Below are positions 14,925 to 29,338 of a stretch of 64,000 nt of DNA, piece by piece; the first letter of the stretch is position 1, and every line of letters begins with the position of its first letter. The stretch lies in NCBI GenBank assembly GCA_951406725.2, contig OX597832.1, positions 15,748,001 through 15,812,000 on the forward strand, in the 5' to 3' direction. The notes under the pieces were generated by a model that did no database searches, was not told where the DNA came from, and worked only from the letters and a program-made list of their open reading frames with translations. A program made the position numbers and the translations under genes. Source of the stretch: Octopus vulgaris (taxonomy: Eukaryota).

Positions 14925-15642
14925 ACCTCTTTCCAAGTGCACATTACCACGATGGCGACAAAGTGCAGACGACATTCTGGGTGAACCCTAAGAACATTCA
15001 GAACCAGAGATAAGGAAACAATGATGGTCCTCTGGCGGGCATTCGTTCTCAGCCGCCTGGATTACTGCTTACAGCTATGGTCACCCACCAGTGTAAAATT
15101 AACAGCGGACCTTGAAGCAATCCTGAGAAGATTCACAAAGAAGAACGTCTCTTTGCAACAGCTCAGCTACTGGGAAAGGTTGAAACAGCTAAGACTCTAC
15201 TCCCTGGAGAGAAGACGGGGGAGGTATGCAGTAATATATGTCTGGAAGATCCTGAAAGTAATCGTGCCAAATTTTGGCATTGTAAGCGACACCAATGCTA
15301 GAACGGGACGACACTGCATAGTGTCAATGATCCCAGCAATGCCATCACGCATCAGGACCAGCTTCTGCAACAGCCTAGGTTTCAAGGGCCCACAACTTTT
15401 TAATATTCTCCCAAAGAGTCTGAGGAACTTGCACAAAGTAGATGTAGCGGTTTTTAAATCAAAGCTGGACATCTTCCTGTCAAAAGTCCCAGATGAACCT
15501 ACCTCACGCCAAGAGGTGCAAATGAGAGTAGCTATATCAAACCCCATTCTTCACGAGGTTCTTCGTAATAACATTGTAGCACAAAACGTCGGTGCATCAG
15601 CATGGCCGCAGCTCTGAGCTGAAACTAGAAACAAACAAAAAA
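14922..15642 (+). mobile_element. 5'-truncated CR1-group LINE 3' end
   Basis: ORF 15021-15617 (SRLDYC.QLWSP, LYSLERRR.RY, GPQLFNILP, KVPDEP). 3' end GGTGCATCAGCATGGCCGCAGCTCTGAGCTGAAAC. Long (TA)n on the 5' side, short TA-rich tract on the 3' side. Confidence 0.93.
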
Positions 15643-15677
15643 TTATATATATATGTATGTATATATATTTGTATGTG

Positions 15678-15970
15678 TGTGAAGGGGCATAGCTCAGTGA
15701 TTGGTAGGTCGAGCTTACGAACATGACGTTGTGAGTTCAAATTCCCGGACCGGACTGAATGTTGTGTTCTTGAGAAAGACACTTTATTTCACATTGCTCC
15801 ATTTAGCTCAGCTATAGAAATGAGTTGCGACATCACTGGTGCGGAAAGGGGAAGATAATATGCATGGGCGGTTGCTCGACTTCCATAAAGAAACTTGCCT
15901 GGTCTTGTGCCTGTGAGATTAACTTTCTAGGTGCAATGCCATGGTCATTCATGACGGAAGGGTGTTTTCT
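15678..15970 (+). mobile_element. tRNA-derived SINE family C
   Basis: A-box TAGCTCAGTGA, B-box GAGTTCAAATTCC and central TGTGTTCTTGAG..ACACTTT..TTGCTCCA. Homologous to 39328-39663 (-). Confidence 0.85.
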
Positions 15971-16100
15971 CATATATATACATATATCGGTATATATGTG
16001 TGTATATGTACGTTTCTCTTACTATATATGTGCTCATAAACGTAATGTTAGGTTTAGGTGTGTTTAGATTAAATTTCATATCACATAACATTTTCTTTGA

Positions 16101-16198
<98 letters not shown>

Positions 16199-16243
16199 GA
16201 CCTGCAAGTTACTTAATCGGTGTGAAGCAAATTATAGATCGAC

Positions 16244-16295
<52 letters not shown>

Positions 16296-17010
16296 GTATG
16301 TATATATGTCGATCTATGAATTTGCATCACACCGATTAAGTAACTTGCAGGTCAAATTTTCGAAGCCATTTTCGCATAAAATATTTGGTAATGTATACAT
16401 AAGAACTTGCCAGCTTTTCTATTTGTATTTCGATAATAATTTCGACAATCATCGTGGCAGGATATTATTAGAATATTCGTCAGTAATAAATCTCTAAATG
16501 TCATATTCTAGAATCATGGGATATAATATAATTATATTATGCAAATCAAAATTGCAATTTTCAAACTTATCCAAAAATTTCAGTCATGTATTGGGTAGCC
16601 AGAAATAAATGATTTTACTAAATTATATTTATTTTTCCCATCATGCTATATGTTATAGTTATGATTATTTTAATGCAATATTTAATTTCCACAGTTCGGC
16701 AAGAACTTAATTTCATATATATTAAATTTCTTATACATACTTATGTTAATTTGATCAATACATTCTCTTATCTTGTTTGTAGGAGTAAATGTCGTGCGTT
16801 TTCTACATCTCATTATCTCTATGAATAAGTATATATGAGCGTGTGTGCAAGTTTCTATATGCATACAAATACTTATAGAAGTTGCTTCGCATATTTCTTA
16901 TATAGATGCATATATACGTGCGTATGTGGGTACTCGCACGATCTTACGTAATTATATATATATATATATGTATGTATATATATGTTTATTTTAGTAGTTT
17001 TTACTTTAAA

Positions 17011-17160
17011 AGTCCCTCATAGCGTGTAGAAATTATGTGTAATAATGCCCTCCACGTAATAAAAATAAATATATTTCAGGAAAAAAGTTGATGGATTGTT
17101 TTCCCTTATGAGGGTTTTCATGGTAACTACTTGATAAATTCTTATAAAGATTTTAACCTA
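17011..17160 (-). repeat. Right arm of a ~150-bp inverted repeat (partner 13203-13362)
   Basis: Direct reverse-complement comparison with 13203-13362. Confidence 0.95.
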
Positions 17161-17203
17161 TATGTTTATATATGTATATGTGTATATATACATACACACA
17201 CAA

Positions 17204-17244
<41 letters not shown>

Positions 17245-17311
17245 GACACACATATATATATGGTTAGATAGATAAATAGATAGATAGATAGATAGATATA
17301 TAGATAGATAT

Positions 17312-17369
<58 letters not shown>

Positions 17370-17483
17370 GTGCGATCAGAGGCTTTCTTCCTAGCCATAT
17401 GGTTCAGTGTTCAGTCCCACCACACGGTATGTAATTTCTCCAATAGCCCCGTGGAAACCAAAATCTTGTGAATGGATTCGGCA

Positions 17484-17720
17484 TTAGCTAAACGTTTTCC
17501 GAAACACTGTCAATATATTAACATAATGAATAAAAATTAGGCTTAGACCAGCCTTCACTAATAGCAATATTTTAACACAATGCTAGAAGATTACCATGTA
17601 AAAAATTAGCCTAAATAGTAACCAGAATATTAATTATAGATCGACAAATAGCAATAATGCCGACATAAGTGAACAAAACATAAGAAATCTAACTTGGTAT
17701 CAGGATAGGAACTATGGTTA
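17484..17720 (+). mobile_element. Penelope-like element fragment
   Basis: Homologous to 56170-56380 (TTAGCTAAAC.TTTTCC; AATAGTAACCAGAAT; ATCAGGAT.GGAACTATGGTT). Confidence 0.6.
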
Positions 17721-17879
17721 AATAATCAATGAAAGGAAGCATAACACTAGAAATAATTAGAATAAATATTTTATATATCTGTTCAACGTAATATCAGTGG
17801 AGCTGCTTATAAGAACAAAATTACATTGGACTGAAAAAGTAATGCTATCACCTTCAACTGAATAGCAACGCAGGAAGCT

Positions 17880-18170
17880 TTTGTGAATCTCCAAACACCA
17901 TGATATTGACTCGTTGTTTTTTATCACTCTCATTGCATATTTTGGGGACACAACAATACAAAGATTGATATCTGTATTCACCATCTCATCCTGACAGATA
18001 TTCCTCTCATCTGAGATAAACCAAAGTATATTCGGTTGGAGAGAATGCTTGAGTTTGTTCGAAAGCTTGATGGTTTGGGATAAAAAAAACAGCCCTTTCT
18101 CATCTCGTATGAGTTTCTGCCTGATAAGAAACTCAAACTCTCTGTTGGCAATGGGACTGATTGTCATCCA
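17880..18170 (-). mobile_element. Tc1/mariner (maT/DD37D-like) transposase fossil
   Basis: [27 protein letters not shown] corresponds to the WFFSDEK.F first catalytic Asp block. Confidence 0.7.
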
Positions 18171-18202
18171 GGCAAACACACATACTTACACATATATATC
18201 TC

Positions 18203-18331
<129 letters not shown>

Positions 18332-19812
18332 ATATATCTACCTATCTATCTATCTCTCTCTCTATATATATATATATATTACATATATGGAAAATAGATA
18401 CAGAAAGAATTTCATTTAAGAGCGATTAATTAGGTTTAAGTAAAATTATAATTATTTGGATACAATGATTCAGCTTGAATGTGCCGTACAGAGCCTGTGC
18501 AGACGTAATTTAAATATTATTACTCACACTTGATAGGTTTGCTGTATGCATGAATTATAATTTATAATATTCAATTCTTTTAAATTTCTTCACTTGTTTC
18601 ATTTTGACATTTATATGTAGTGATTAATTGATTGTATCAATAGATATTTTATTAAGTATGTATTACATAGTTACTTATTTGACCCGAGGATTGCGAAATT
18701 ATACCATTTGCTGAAGACTCTTGTCTCCAGGTAATATTCATAGATATATAACAGGGAAGGGTATTTTATATCGTAATAATATTACAACTTTCTAAATATT
18801 CAATAAGATACACTCATAGATCGTTGGATATAATAAATAATGATATACCATACTCACCTTTATACAAATATACATATATATGAAATGAGTTTATGCGCGT
18901 GTTTGTTTATGTGTGTGTGTATGCATGTGTGTGTGAGAGAGAAGGAAAGTGTGTTTATGTGTTTGTACGTGTTTATGTAAATGAGTGTATGTCAGAATGT
19001 ATATATGTATAAATGTATGTTTGTATAAATAACATTTGTTATATCAATTCATTAAATGATTAAAAATCTAAATACATGAAATCTAGTATTTCTATTTCAG
19101 CACGTATTAAATGTGAAATACGAAACATAATTTTGAAAAACTATTCTGTCTCATTTAAATTAAAATAAAGAAATAGTTCATATATTACTATCCAAATATC
19201 GGGAGAGGAATATTGGGGGACTGGCATTAAGTAGGAAAATATATTTAATACATAGTAAGCCACTGTAAATGTATTAACATCTGGAGCAATATTAAAATGA
19301 AAGATTGATTACACGTTGAGACACGTTCGAGAAAAAGAATACATTCTGACAAATTTAAGCAATGATTTTGTTTCAAATATTGACAATGTTAATATGATTT
19401 ACAAACGTTGAGTACTCAAGTAGAGAATTAAGCGTGATGAGAGAAAGTGGCTGATTGTCTTACTGTATACAATGGAAATTTACTTGTTTGTAAACTAATG
19501 AATAGTATTACGGATTAAGTAAATGAAATTGTAAATGCTCACACGCTTGGAGAAGAGAAAACCAGATTAAATAAATACAAACAATTACGAAACGATTCTG
19601 GTAAGGCTTCATTTTGTATTCCAAACTAAAGATTACTTGCATTGCTGCTCACGAATTGCTCAGGATTATTAGACAATTATACAATACGATCATTGATATT
19701 TTGAATAATAGTTCACACATACATACTTATTCATATTTCATTAACCAATCCGAATTACTTGACCGACCTGAAACTATATAAACATCTTCTTAGAAGTGAT
19801 GAGTAAAAAGTG

Positions 19813-19911
<99 letters not shown>

Positions 19912-20300
19912 GTTTATATACGTATATACGTATATGCACGGATATGTGTGTACGTGAGGATATATGTATATGCGTGAGTATATGCGTGTGTATGTGCATA
20001 TATATGGGCGTATGGATGCAGAAATGTATGCGTGTACATGCATGCGAGCGTACTTGACCATACACACATTTTTACGTCACCATTCACTCATTATAAATGA
20101 ACTTAATTATTTATATTTAAATTACGTAAATCTTTTCTATGTAAATTCTTCATTTCTAATACTATTTCCTTACTCTATTTTGTCTCAACTGTACCTCTTA
20201 ACTTCTTGCCCGAATATGTAACAATACAAATCATAAACCGTATCATTCAGTCTTGCTATAATGAACGCATATAAAACACCCAGGGGTATATATATTGTTT

Positions 20301-20377
20301 CCTTTCTGAAGATATTACACTTAGGTCATATGAATTTAATGGCTAATTAATATTTACACCGAAACAGCTGTAAGAGG
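20301..20377 (+). ncRNA. Type I hammerhead ribozyme-like motif (Penelope pLTR-type)
   Basis: Stem I CCTTT/AGAGG, core CTGAAGA 20306-20312, GAAA 20361-20364, palindromic stem III ACAGCTGT, cleavage triplet GTA 20370-20372. Stem II is long and poorly paired. Confidence 0.6.
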
Positions 20378-20475
20378 TATATGCTTAATTAATTTTAATA
20401 ATAGGCAATTATTACCTTCCGAATCTCCAGTTACTTTATTTTTTTTTATATGAATAAAAACGAAAAATACATACG

Positions 20476-20562
<87 letters not shown>

Positions 20563-21416
20563 AATATTTATATATATGTATACATATATACACATACACG
20601 CCTAATATTTGAAAGGTACTGAATCAATATTCAGCCGTAACTTTCATGAGATTAACTTAATTTCTAATCGAATAATTAGCTATATATATATATATACATA
20701 TATATGTGGGTGGATGTGTCTGTATGCAAAGGGATGTGTATATATATGTATGTCTGTATATATTTATATGTATATATGCGTGTGTTCGTGTATGTGTGTG
20801 TACATGTACGTGTTTATGTGTATATATAATCGAATATGTATGCACAATGTATGAGGCATTCTTGTTCACCGGCCGGCTGCAATCTGAAGTGGATTTGATG
20901 ACTCTATAGATAGATAGATACAGAGATAACTATATTTATATGTATGTCAGTGTGCAAAAATGTGTATATTTATATACAATATATGTATGATTATATACGT
21001 ATATTTACGCGCGTGTTTGTGTGTGGAATATTTGAGCACATACAAATCTTTTTTTATTTAATGTTGAGACTTACTGTTCTATGGTAAACCCCAGTGAATT
21101 CTGAGGTGAAACTAATAAGCTTGCGTCTAGAGCAAAATTAATTGATTTCACTCTGCCCTTAAACCGACAAATATAAATCAAATATATATATGAATTTCCT
21201 CTGAATCTTTCTGGACTCCAGTTATGAATGTGGGCACTCGCTTGCATTATTTTCCGTATGTGGAATCAAAGATCTCAGTATAATTATAATATTTCCGTAG
21301 GTATATCTACGAATCCCCATGTTTAATAATCCCAGTATTGTAGCAATGCTGTCATGTGTGGGTCTATGCATTACAAAAATGTGGGGGAGGTATACAATGA
21401 TGGCTAAATACATTCA

Positions 21417-21940
21417 CGTTTACAATGAAAGAAGAAGCCCTTAAATTGTGTTTGTAGCTTGGGCAAAAATGGCTCAAAATCTAGCGTTTAGAGTGATCAT
21501 AAAATACTTCATTTTAATTTTTAGCTGTTCTTAATGCCCTTCTTGGAACTGTTTTTTTTTTAAATAATATCTCTCGTTCTATATACTGATCTACTAATTT
21601 TTGCTAGTAAGCATGGAAATTTGTAAATTAAAACTTATTGCTAATATTACTACTAATACAACTATGTTTATTATTATTATATTTATCAATGATGACTAAA
21701 TAAGTTCGTTTACCATGAAAGGACAAGCCCTGAAACCGTGTTTGTAGCTTGGGCAAAAATGGCTCAAAACCTAGCGTTTAGACTGATCATAAAATACTTC
21801 ATTTTAATTTTTAGCTGTTCTTAATGCCCTTCTTGGAACTGCTGTACTAATTTTTGCTAGTAAGCATGGGAATTTGTTAATTAAAAATTATTGCTAATAT
21901 TACTATTAATACAACTATGTTTATTATTATTATATTTATC
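21417..21940 (+). repeat. Tandem duplication of a ~230-270-bp unit
   Basis: Copies at 21417-21687 and 21707-21940 are highly similar; the first has a ~40-bp insertion. Confidence 0.95.
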
Positions 21941-22409
21941 CTCATTATTATTAATATTATTATTGTTATTGTTATTATCATTGTTCTTGCTACTGCTGTT
22001 ATTGTCGTCAGTATAACCATCATCATTTTCACTACAGCTTCTATAGCTACATTAATTTCGCCGTAAATTATTTCGTAAAGAGGTATTGTATGACTCATTA
22101 TCCTTTCTTGTATTTAACACACCAATATATTAATACTTCAGTGACATTTATGATCTCTCGATTTAATTAAAAATGATATTTCATGTTTTCAATTACTAGA
22201 TTATCTAAAACGAGACAAACATTAATAATGTAAATATTTCAAGTTGTATACAATAAAGGATAAGAGAAGTCAGAATCGTACCACGGTGTATCACCCTCTG
22301 CTATGTGTATGTATTTCTGTATTAATTGGCTCGCACACACGGAGACACGAATACATATGCATTCTAAGATAGACGCACACAATCGTACATCGTCATATAT
22401 ACAGAAGTA

Positions 22410-23322
22410 TACAGGGTGTCCTATTATTATATACACACTTGAACGCTTATCAAGTCAGTTTTATTAAAATACAATTCATTTTCAAAACTAAATAAATGCT
22501 ACGAACACAATATGAATACATAATCTCAAATTAATTACTGTTATACTTTGGCAACTGCGGATAATGCGAGTCACGGGAATCAGGAATTTTCATAGAACAT
22601 TTCCTGTTACATTTTTTGCGCATTCGGGTTGATATCGTCGATTGCTTTTGTCTCATTTGTACCGCTGAAATTATCTTTCATTGTTCACAATAGAATTATC
22701 TAGTTGAGTGAGTTCCAATGATCTCGAGGTTACTTCTACTGGGCCTCATTCGCCAATCTACATTTTGGCAACTTCTAATCAGAATAGGCTTTTACAATGG
22801 AATGATATTGTCCTAAATTACAAACAATGTAACCACACGTCTTCAAAGTTCCTTTGAATACTTAACAGGACTGATTGTCGCAGCAAGTTATAGTCTATGA
22901 GATAAGGCATTGGACAATAGGAAATAAACGATCTAATTAAAGCATTTTATGATACACTGATGATAAATTTCCGTACGTTTCTTTCGTAATACGTGGCGGA
23001 TAATCTAAACTTGAATTGAAATGTAACTTCATCATTGCTGGGAAGTGTGAATATTGTCATATACAACATGCTAAACCACACCCTTCGGTCGAGTTCGTCT
23101 TCATCGATGCATTGGCTATACTTAAAATGTAAATTTTCCAAAGGCATTGCTTCACAATTTAAGAGACATTTTATTAAGAAGTTTTCGGTCCCACAGAAGT
23201 CTTGAAAACTGACCATAAACCTTCTTCAGTTTTTCATTCCTAAGATTGCAATTCGGTTTAGTTTCATCGACACTTGAGAAAAAATTATTGTGTGTAAGAC
23301 ATACACTGATGGACACACAGTA
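22410..23322 (-). mobile_element. Decayed Tc1/mariner-superfamily transposon
   Basis: Termini TA-CAGGGTGTCC ... GGACACACAG-TA (imperfect TIR). Minus peptides EDELDRRVWF, SNDEVTF and IGE*GPVEVTSRSLELTQLD, the last resembling WIGR.GP..WPPRSPDLTPLD. Confidence 0.75.
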
Positions 23323-23409
23323 TATATATTACTAAACGTTACAATTTCATGAGATTATCACGCTAATAATAGTTTCCCGTATATGCGTACGTTCATTAGG
23401 CTGCTGGAC

Positions 23410-23630
23410 GGGGACATATGTGAGTTGAACCATTTGGAAAATGAGTTGCCCTGAAACTCGTTTACTCCCTTTCTTCGGGTGACACTCTGGTGGTATCGAA
23501 CAACATGAGAGATTTGGGAGTAATTGTAGAGAAGAACATAGGTTGGGCAACGCAAATAAATAGCAATATCGGCGTGGCCTGCATAATGAGCTCCTAGATT
23601 GTCAGAAAGTTCCAGTCAAGAGATATCAAC
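23410..23630 (+). mobile_element. Decayed CR1-group LINE RT fragment
   Basis: SNNMRDLGVIVEKNIGWATQIN...MSS*IVRKFQSRD aligns to ORF2 at about 54780-54905. Confidence 0.8.
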
Positions 23631-23904
23631 AACATTAACAAATCATCGTGAAATTAGAAACATCCCAACGGTCAATTACAAGAAAAAAAGATAGGTGGCA
23701 TGACAGATTATCTTCAAATAAATTTTAACTTCAAATAATGTAAAATGCAATCTATATCTCCCAGGATGTTTACATATTAGCACATCCCATAAATAAGGGT
23801 ATTATTTTCAGTTGCATGAATTAAAATACGGAGGGGGCGGGATAAACTACCTGCATCAATGTGAAGTGTGTAGTTCGATTTTAACAGTTATGTTCTCAAA
23901 GCTA

Positions 23905-24075
23905 TAATAGAAGTGACAAAGGAGCATATTCGACATATTTTGCATTACTAGTTCAATAAATGAAACCATATAACGGAAAGTGCCAGGAATATTAATGCAA
24001 TGTATGGCGACTGGACAATAAGCGGAAGCCAGTGTCGACAGTGGTTCAAGAATTTAAGAGCAGGAAATTACAGTA
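23905..24075 (+). mobile_element. Mariner transposase N-terminal HTH fossil
   Basis: EVTKEHIRHILHY*FNK*...ESARNINAMYGDWTISGSQCRQWFKNLRAGNYS. Confidence 0.8.
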
Positions 24076-24169
24076 TCAATTAAACGTATATCATCATTTT
24101 GTATTGTCTAAGAGAAAAGCTTACGATCCGTAAAGATAGGACTTTACTATTCCACTTGAGTAAACTGTG

Positions 24170-24450
24170 TTGCTTACGGGTCAGAGTATCCAGCTCATGA
24201 TCGGGAGGTCATGCGATCTATTGCAAGCGTGTTTTTGAAGAGGACACCTTCTTTCACTTTGCTCCACCTCACATAGCTGGAATAAAGGAGTATTCCAATG
24301 GACGAAAGTTGTCACATTCTCTGTTTCCTGAATACCACTGAGAGATACGCGTGTCCATGAAATACTCAGTGGTTTACACGTTCATTTCACAATCAGGCTG
24401 TTCTATTGATCGTAAACAGTGCAACTACCATTTTCTTAACCGACGGAGCA
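24170..24450 (+). mobile_element. Degenerate tRNA-derived SINE (family C-like head)
   Basis: TTGCTCCACCTCACATAGCTGG and tail CACGTTCATTTCAC..CAGGCTGTTC resemble 51265-51535. Confidence 0.55.
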
Positions 24451-24960
24451 TCAGATGTATTTTTTAAGTTCCACTTTATCACAATATAAGGGAATTTCTC
24501 TAGAATGTTTATGATAATGAATGATGGCTAAATATCAGGAAGACAACAATAACATTTTTCTAATCAGATATTAAAACGTACATGCATTGTGTAATGCAGA
24601 GAAAGAAATATTTCGCATTGCAAATAACGTCATTTTCTGTAATACCCTTTCGCAGGGTTCCTATGTTTCAAATCTTGGTTTATAACATTAATATCTATGA
24701 CACGATCAGAATTGTCTCTGAACTTCTAACTTCATGTGCATTTCATCAACAGTTAGTCGGTTTTTATCTCTGGATAATTATAGTTTTGCTCTTTTCTCTT
24801 TTTTCACCTCACTAATTGCTCAATATTTGCAAAAACATAGAAAGTATAAGAGAACAAATATACAAACAACGGAAAATAGAGTTTATCAACATATTCTGGA
24901 AGCGTATATGCATATATGTATATATAGATAAATACATATAGTCGTATACATATATAGATG

Positions 24961-25028
<68 letters not shown>

Positions 25029-25041
25029 TGTGTACATATAT

Positions 25042-25098
<57 letters not shown>

Positions 25099-25103
25099 CA
25101 CAG

Positions 25104-25134
<31 letters not shown>

Positions 25135-25438
25135 TATATCTATATATATATATACATACAGGAAAACAGTATACACACGATTACTATTCAATATTGCTAA
25201 AAGGTATTCATGAGCAATTACGCGAACAAGTAATTACACTCAATATTCTCAGCATAGATAATGGCAGAAACTTTAACACTTTGGGGCAGATTCAAGATAA
25301 AGCAGCAACTTCGAACCTGTGCGTCATAACATTTTCCTCCTGATGCAAATGCTGCTTGAATTATTATTTGCAATTCTAGACTTTGTCTTTCCTCACATGA
25401 CGGGTGTATACGTCCGTTGGTGTGTATTATTTGGCTAT

Positions 25439-25513
<75 letters not shown>

Positions 25514-25573
25514 CATATATATGTTTGTGTGTGTGTGTGTGTGTACATATACATATACATATACATACATACG

Positions 25574-25665
<92 letters not shown>

Positions 25666-26324
25666 CGATATTTTATTTACCACGGGTAGAAATATAAGAA
25701 ACGGAAATTTGAATATGTACTGAGATTCGTTGAGACTTTTTAGATTTATATTTTCACAAATGCAACCGGTTCCACAGATAACTTTGATTTTCAATGACTG
25801 AGATTAGACATAGAGCTATGCCACACCCTTACTTGCATCTGCCTAGATTCTCTTGGGTTTGCAGAGTGTATGGTGGTACAATTTAATGTCTGTTTCTGAT
25901 AGGAATTGATTGGCAGAGAATGATCACATGATTATGTTTAGAAAATGTTAATGATACGCCTGTTCTTTAATAACATGTGGCACTATGTTTAGTGCGATAA
26001 GCTAAAACTATCACTGTTGAATGAATATATCTAGTGACTTTTCCAAATAATACACTAACAAAATATACGAGATCGTAAATACAACACCGAATAGTGACCA
26101 CGAAACGTATAGACATTCAATAATTACGAAAATCAAAAAGTACTAATACCCTACCCGCTATCACAACGCAAAATATTATTTGTACTGCTCTACCGTACAA
26201 ATAAATATGCAAACAAATAAATGAAATTTAAATATGCTATTCCTCACATATTTTAGTTACACACAAGATTCTATAGAGATTTAGAATTATTGATATATAT
26301 ATATATATATATATACATATATAC

Positions 26325-26478
26325 AAGGAGGGCTTCCTTCAGTTGTTGTCTGCAACAACGACACACACGAATTTGAACTGTCGAGGCTATAGTTGAAGAC
26401 ACTTCGCAAATATGCCACACAGTGGGACTGAGCCCGGAACCATGTGTTTGCAAAGCCCGATTCTTACCACACAGCAGG
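26325..26478 (-). mobile_element. SINE family B head, degenerate
   Basis: GGCTATAGTTGAAGACACTT...GTGGGACTGAGCCCGGAACCATGTG...CTTACCACACAGC is the reverse complement of the family B head. Confidence 0.7.
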
Positions 26479-26587
26479 TATATATGTATGTGTGTGTCTT
26501 TATATTTGTGAGAGCGTATTTATCTATATAATTACACACACACATATACACACACATATATGTATATACATATACATAAATATGCAC

Positions 26588-26625
<38 letters not shown>

Positions 26626-26661
26626 ATGTGTGTGTGTATGAGTATGTGCATATTTATGTCT

Positions 26662-26721
<60 letters not shown>

Positions 26722-28011
26722 TAGAAAATATGTCATACGTGCTGTGTTAAAATTATGTGAAAACGTTCTTGTGAGAAGATTTCCATATGTTGAGATAAAT
26801 ATCGGTATGAAATTCTCAAAATTGACAGCTGAAAAGATACGTAAGTTTCGTGATATTAGTCACATTGTAATCAAATATATTTAAAGTACAGTACATCGGC
26901 GATATTTGGTTTTTATATTTTTCATTCAAGATACGACTTAAACTGAAAGATCACAAACACTGGTAATATGATACTTACAAATCGCTTGGTTCTTGTTGTC
27001 GAAGACAAAATACGTACTCTGTGATGTTTACTCGAAACAAAATTTGTGTGTGACTCTTATTATATCGTCTCGATTGCAGGACTATGCATTTATAGGAAGG
27101 TAAACAAAGAAAAATCATTTTTTCGGCGGTGTAGGGCAACCAAATGTAGTGTACACAAGTATATACGAACGCCTACATAAAGTCGTATAAACAAATGCTT
27201 AAAAATATACAAACTTACAAACGTAAAGAGACACGCACATGGGTATGCGTTTTCCTCTGTATGTGCGTATGTGCGTGTGTATGTGCGTTTGTGTGTGTGT
27301 GTGTGCGTGTGTGTGCTGTGAGATAGCGAGAGAGTGAGTGAGTACGTGCGTTACAAAAAGTATCACTCGGAAGCAACTTCTCCGTTCGCACATATATTAG
27401 TCGAACATCCGACTGAAAGAAAATCTATACCATTACAAATCAAAGACATATCCGAAGAGATGCGCCTGTGGTTTTCTAAAAGTAATTAGTGCATATTAAG
27501 AAAACACAGATAGAGATATTCCCTCAGACATAGATAATTTAATATTGAAGACATTTTATGCTAAGTTTTATCAATGATTTCCTATTTGCACGCTTACAAC
27601 CTGTGCCGCAGTTATATAATGCTTCTTTAGCACCATTTGACGTCTATACTTAGAATGTTGGACAAGGTTTTTCCTGGTGCCATTAATATAATTATATAAT
27701 TATAAATTTGGTATATAAAATCATCAACTGGGTTTTATTTCATAAACGTAAATACAGATATATTGAACACTAGAAACACCACTCGCATTACAAACACCTC
27801 AACAAACAACAACATATATCAACCCAGACCAACAACATGCAGAGCAAACCCAAGTTATCATTAATGAATAAACAGTAACAATAAGGCTTAAGAATGATTG
27901 CATTATTAACGGATAACGTAAATATTTCGATACGGTATATTTCACAACGAAATATGCAAGCATACATACATATATATGTATGTGCTTGTGTGTGTGTTTA
28001 AGTGTCGGCGC

Positions 28012-28042
<31 letters not shown>

Positions 28043-28444
28043 TGTATGTGTGTCTGTGTACATATATATACAATTTATATACATATGTTCGATAAAATAT
28101 ACATTATTTGCACAGATTAAATGAAGTTATCTACACGTATTAAACACCTCAATCATATTTGAATATTCATCTAGTATTTGACAAACATCATAAATAATAT
28201 CGTAGATATTATTATCTGAGTTGAATATAGAGAAACAAGAATTACGGGGAGAGCTGTTATAACTCAAATGTCTATATGTGTAAATGAGTAAGTCATTAGT
28301 AGAAAGAAAAAAACATTAAGGTGTAAGTGAACAATCAATTAATAAACAAGTGATATTACGCTAGTGCTATTAATAAAGTAGTGATATGAAATCTCTTTAA
28401 AGAAGAATCTTAACATTTACAGAAATGTATAAACGATAAATATT

Positions 28445-28643
28445 GTTTTCACATTTTGGTACACGGCCAGCGAATTAGGGAACGGATTATGTCGATTGCG
28501 TTGACCTCCAGAACGTAAGTAGTACTTATTTTATCGACACCGAAAATATGAAAAGCAAACACAAACTCGTCGAAATGTGAATTTAGAACGTGATAACGGA
28601 CGAAATGACATTAAGCGTGCTGACAATTCTGCCAACCCGTCGC
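28445..28643 (-). mobile_element. SINE family A, degenerate
   Basis: GTACTTATTTTATCGACACCGAAA..TGAAAAGCAAA..TTAGAACGT..GACGAAAT. Confidence 0.65.
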
Positions 28644-28782
28644 TTTTAAATCATAAATTTCACTCACATAAAATAATTGTCTTTCTGAATTTTTTTATGT
28701 TAGAAAATATATCATTCAACGGGTAAATAAAAAGCATTTACTATATATTAAAATGCTGGACGAAGGGATAAATATGTATAGG

Positions 28783-29338
28783 TTGGGTTGACCGGGAAGT
28801 TCGTGTCGTTTTGTAATGGAAAGGAAAAGGTCAATAAATAATTGCCAGTAGACTTTTAAACAACCAAATATGAATCATTTTGTTGCACAATGCGTCTCAA
28901 TCTTTTCGTTAACTTGAAAATACACTCTTCCCAGAATCGGTGTGGTTTCATGTCAAGGTATCTTTTTAAGCCATCCAAGGAATTGAATTTTTTACCATTA
29001 AGACTATACTGCAGATACCTGAATAAGTGGAAATCCGAAGGAGAAATATCTTGTGAATATGGAGGTTTGGGTTTCACAGCCCAGCCGAGCTGCAGCAATA
29101 TTTGTCTGGTTCCCAAAGCATCAAGTGCCGAAAACGAACTTTCTTATTTTCTATTTTAAAGGGTTACAGAATAAACACAGGTTACAGGAACACAAACCTT
29201 CATCCACGAAAATATAGCTTAGACTGTGCTCTAAATTAATGTGTAGTCACATCCTATTTTATGGACTCAACCATGTCCTAAAATAAGTCGAATCTTAAGC
29301 TATTATAACTCGGCATGAACTTTCCGGACAAACCAATA
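28783..29338 (-). mobile_element. Internally deleted mariner element
   Basis: Imperfect ~27-bp TIRs (TTGGGTTGACCGGGAAGTTCGTGTCG / CGGCATGAACTTTCCGGACAAACCAA). ORF 28856-29116 contains PPYSQDISPSDFHLFRYLQ, matching the YSPDLAPSDFHLF motif. Confidence 0.88.
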
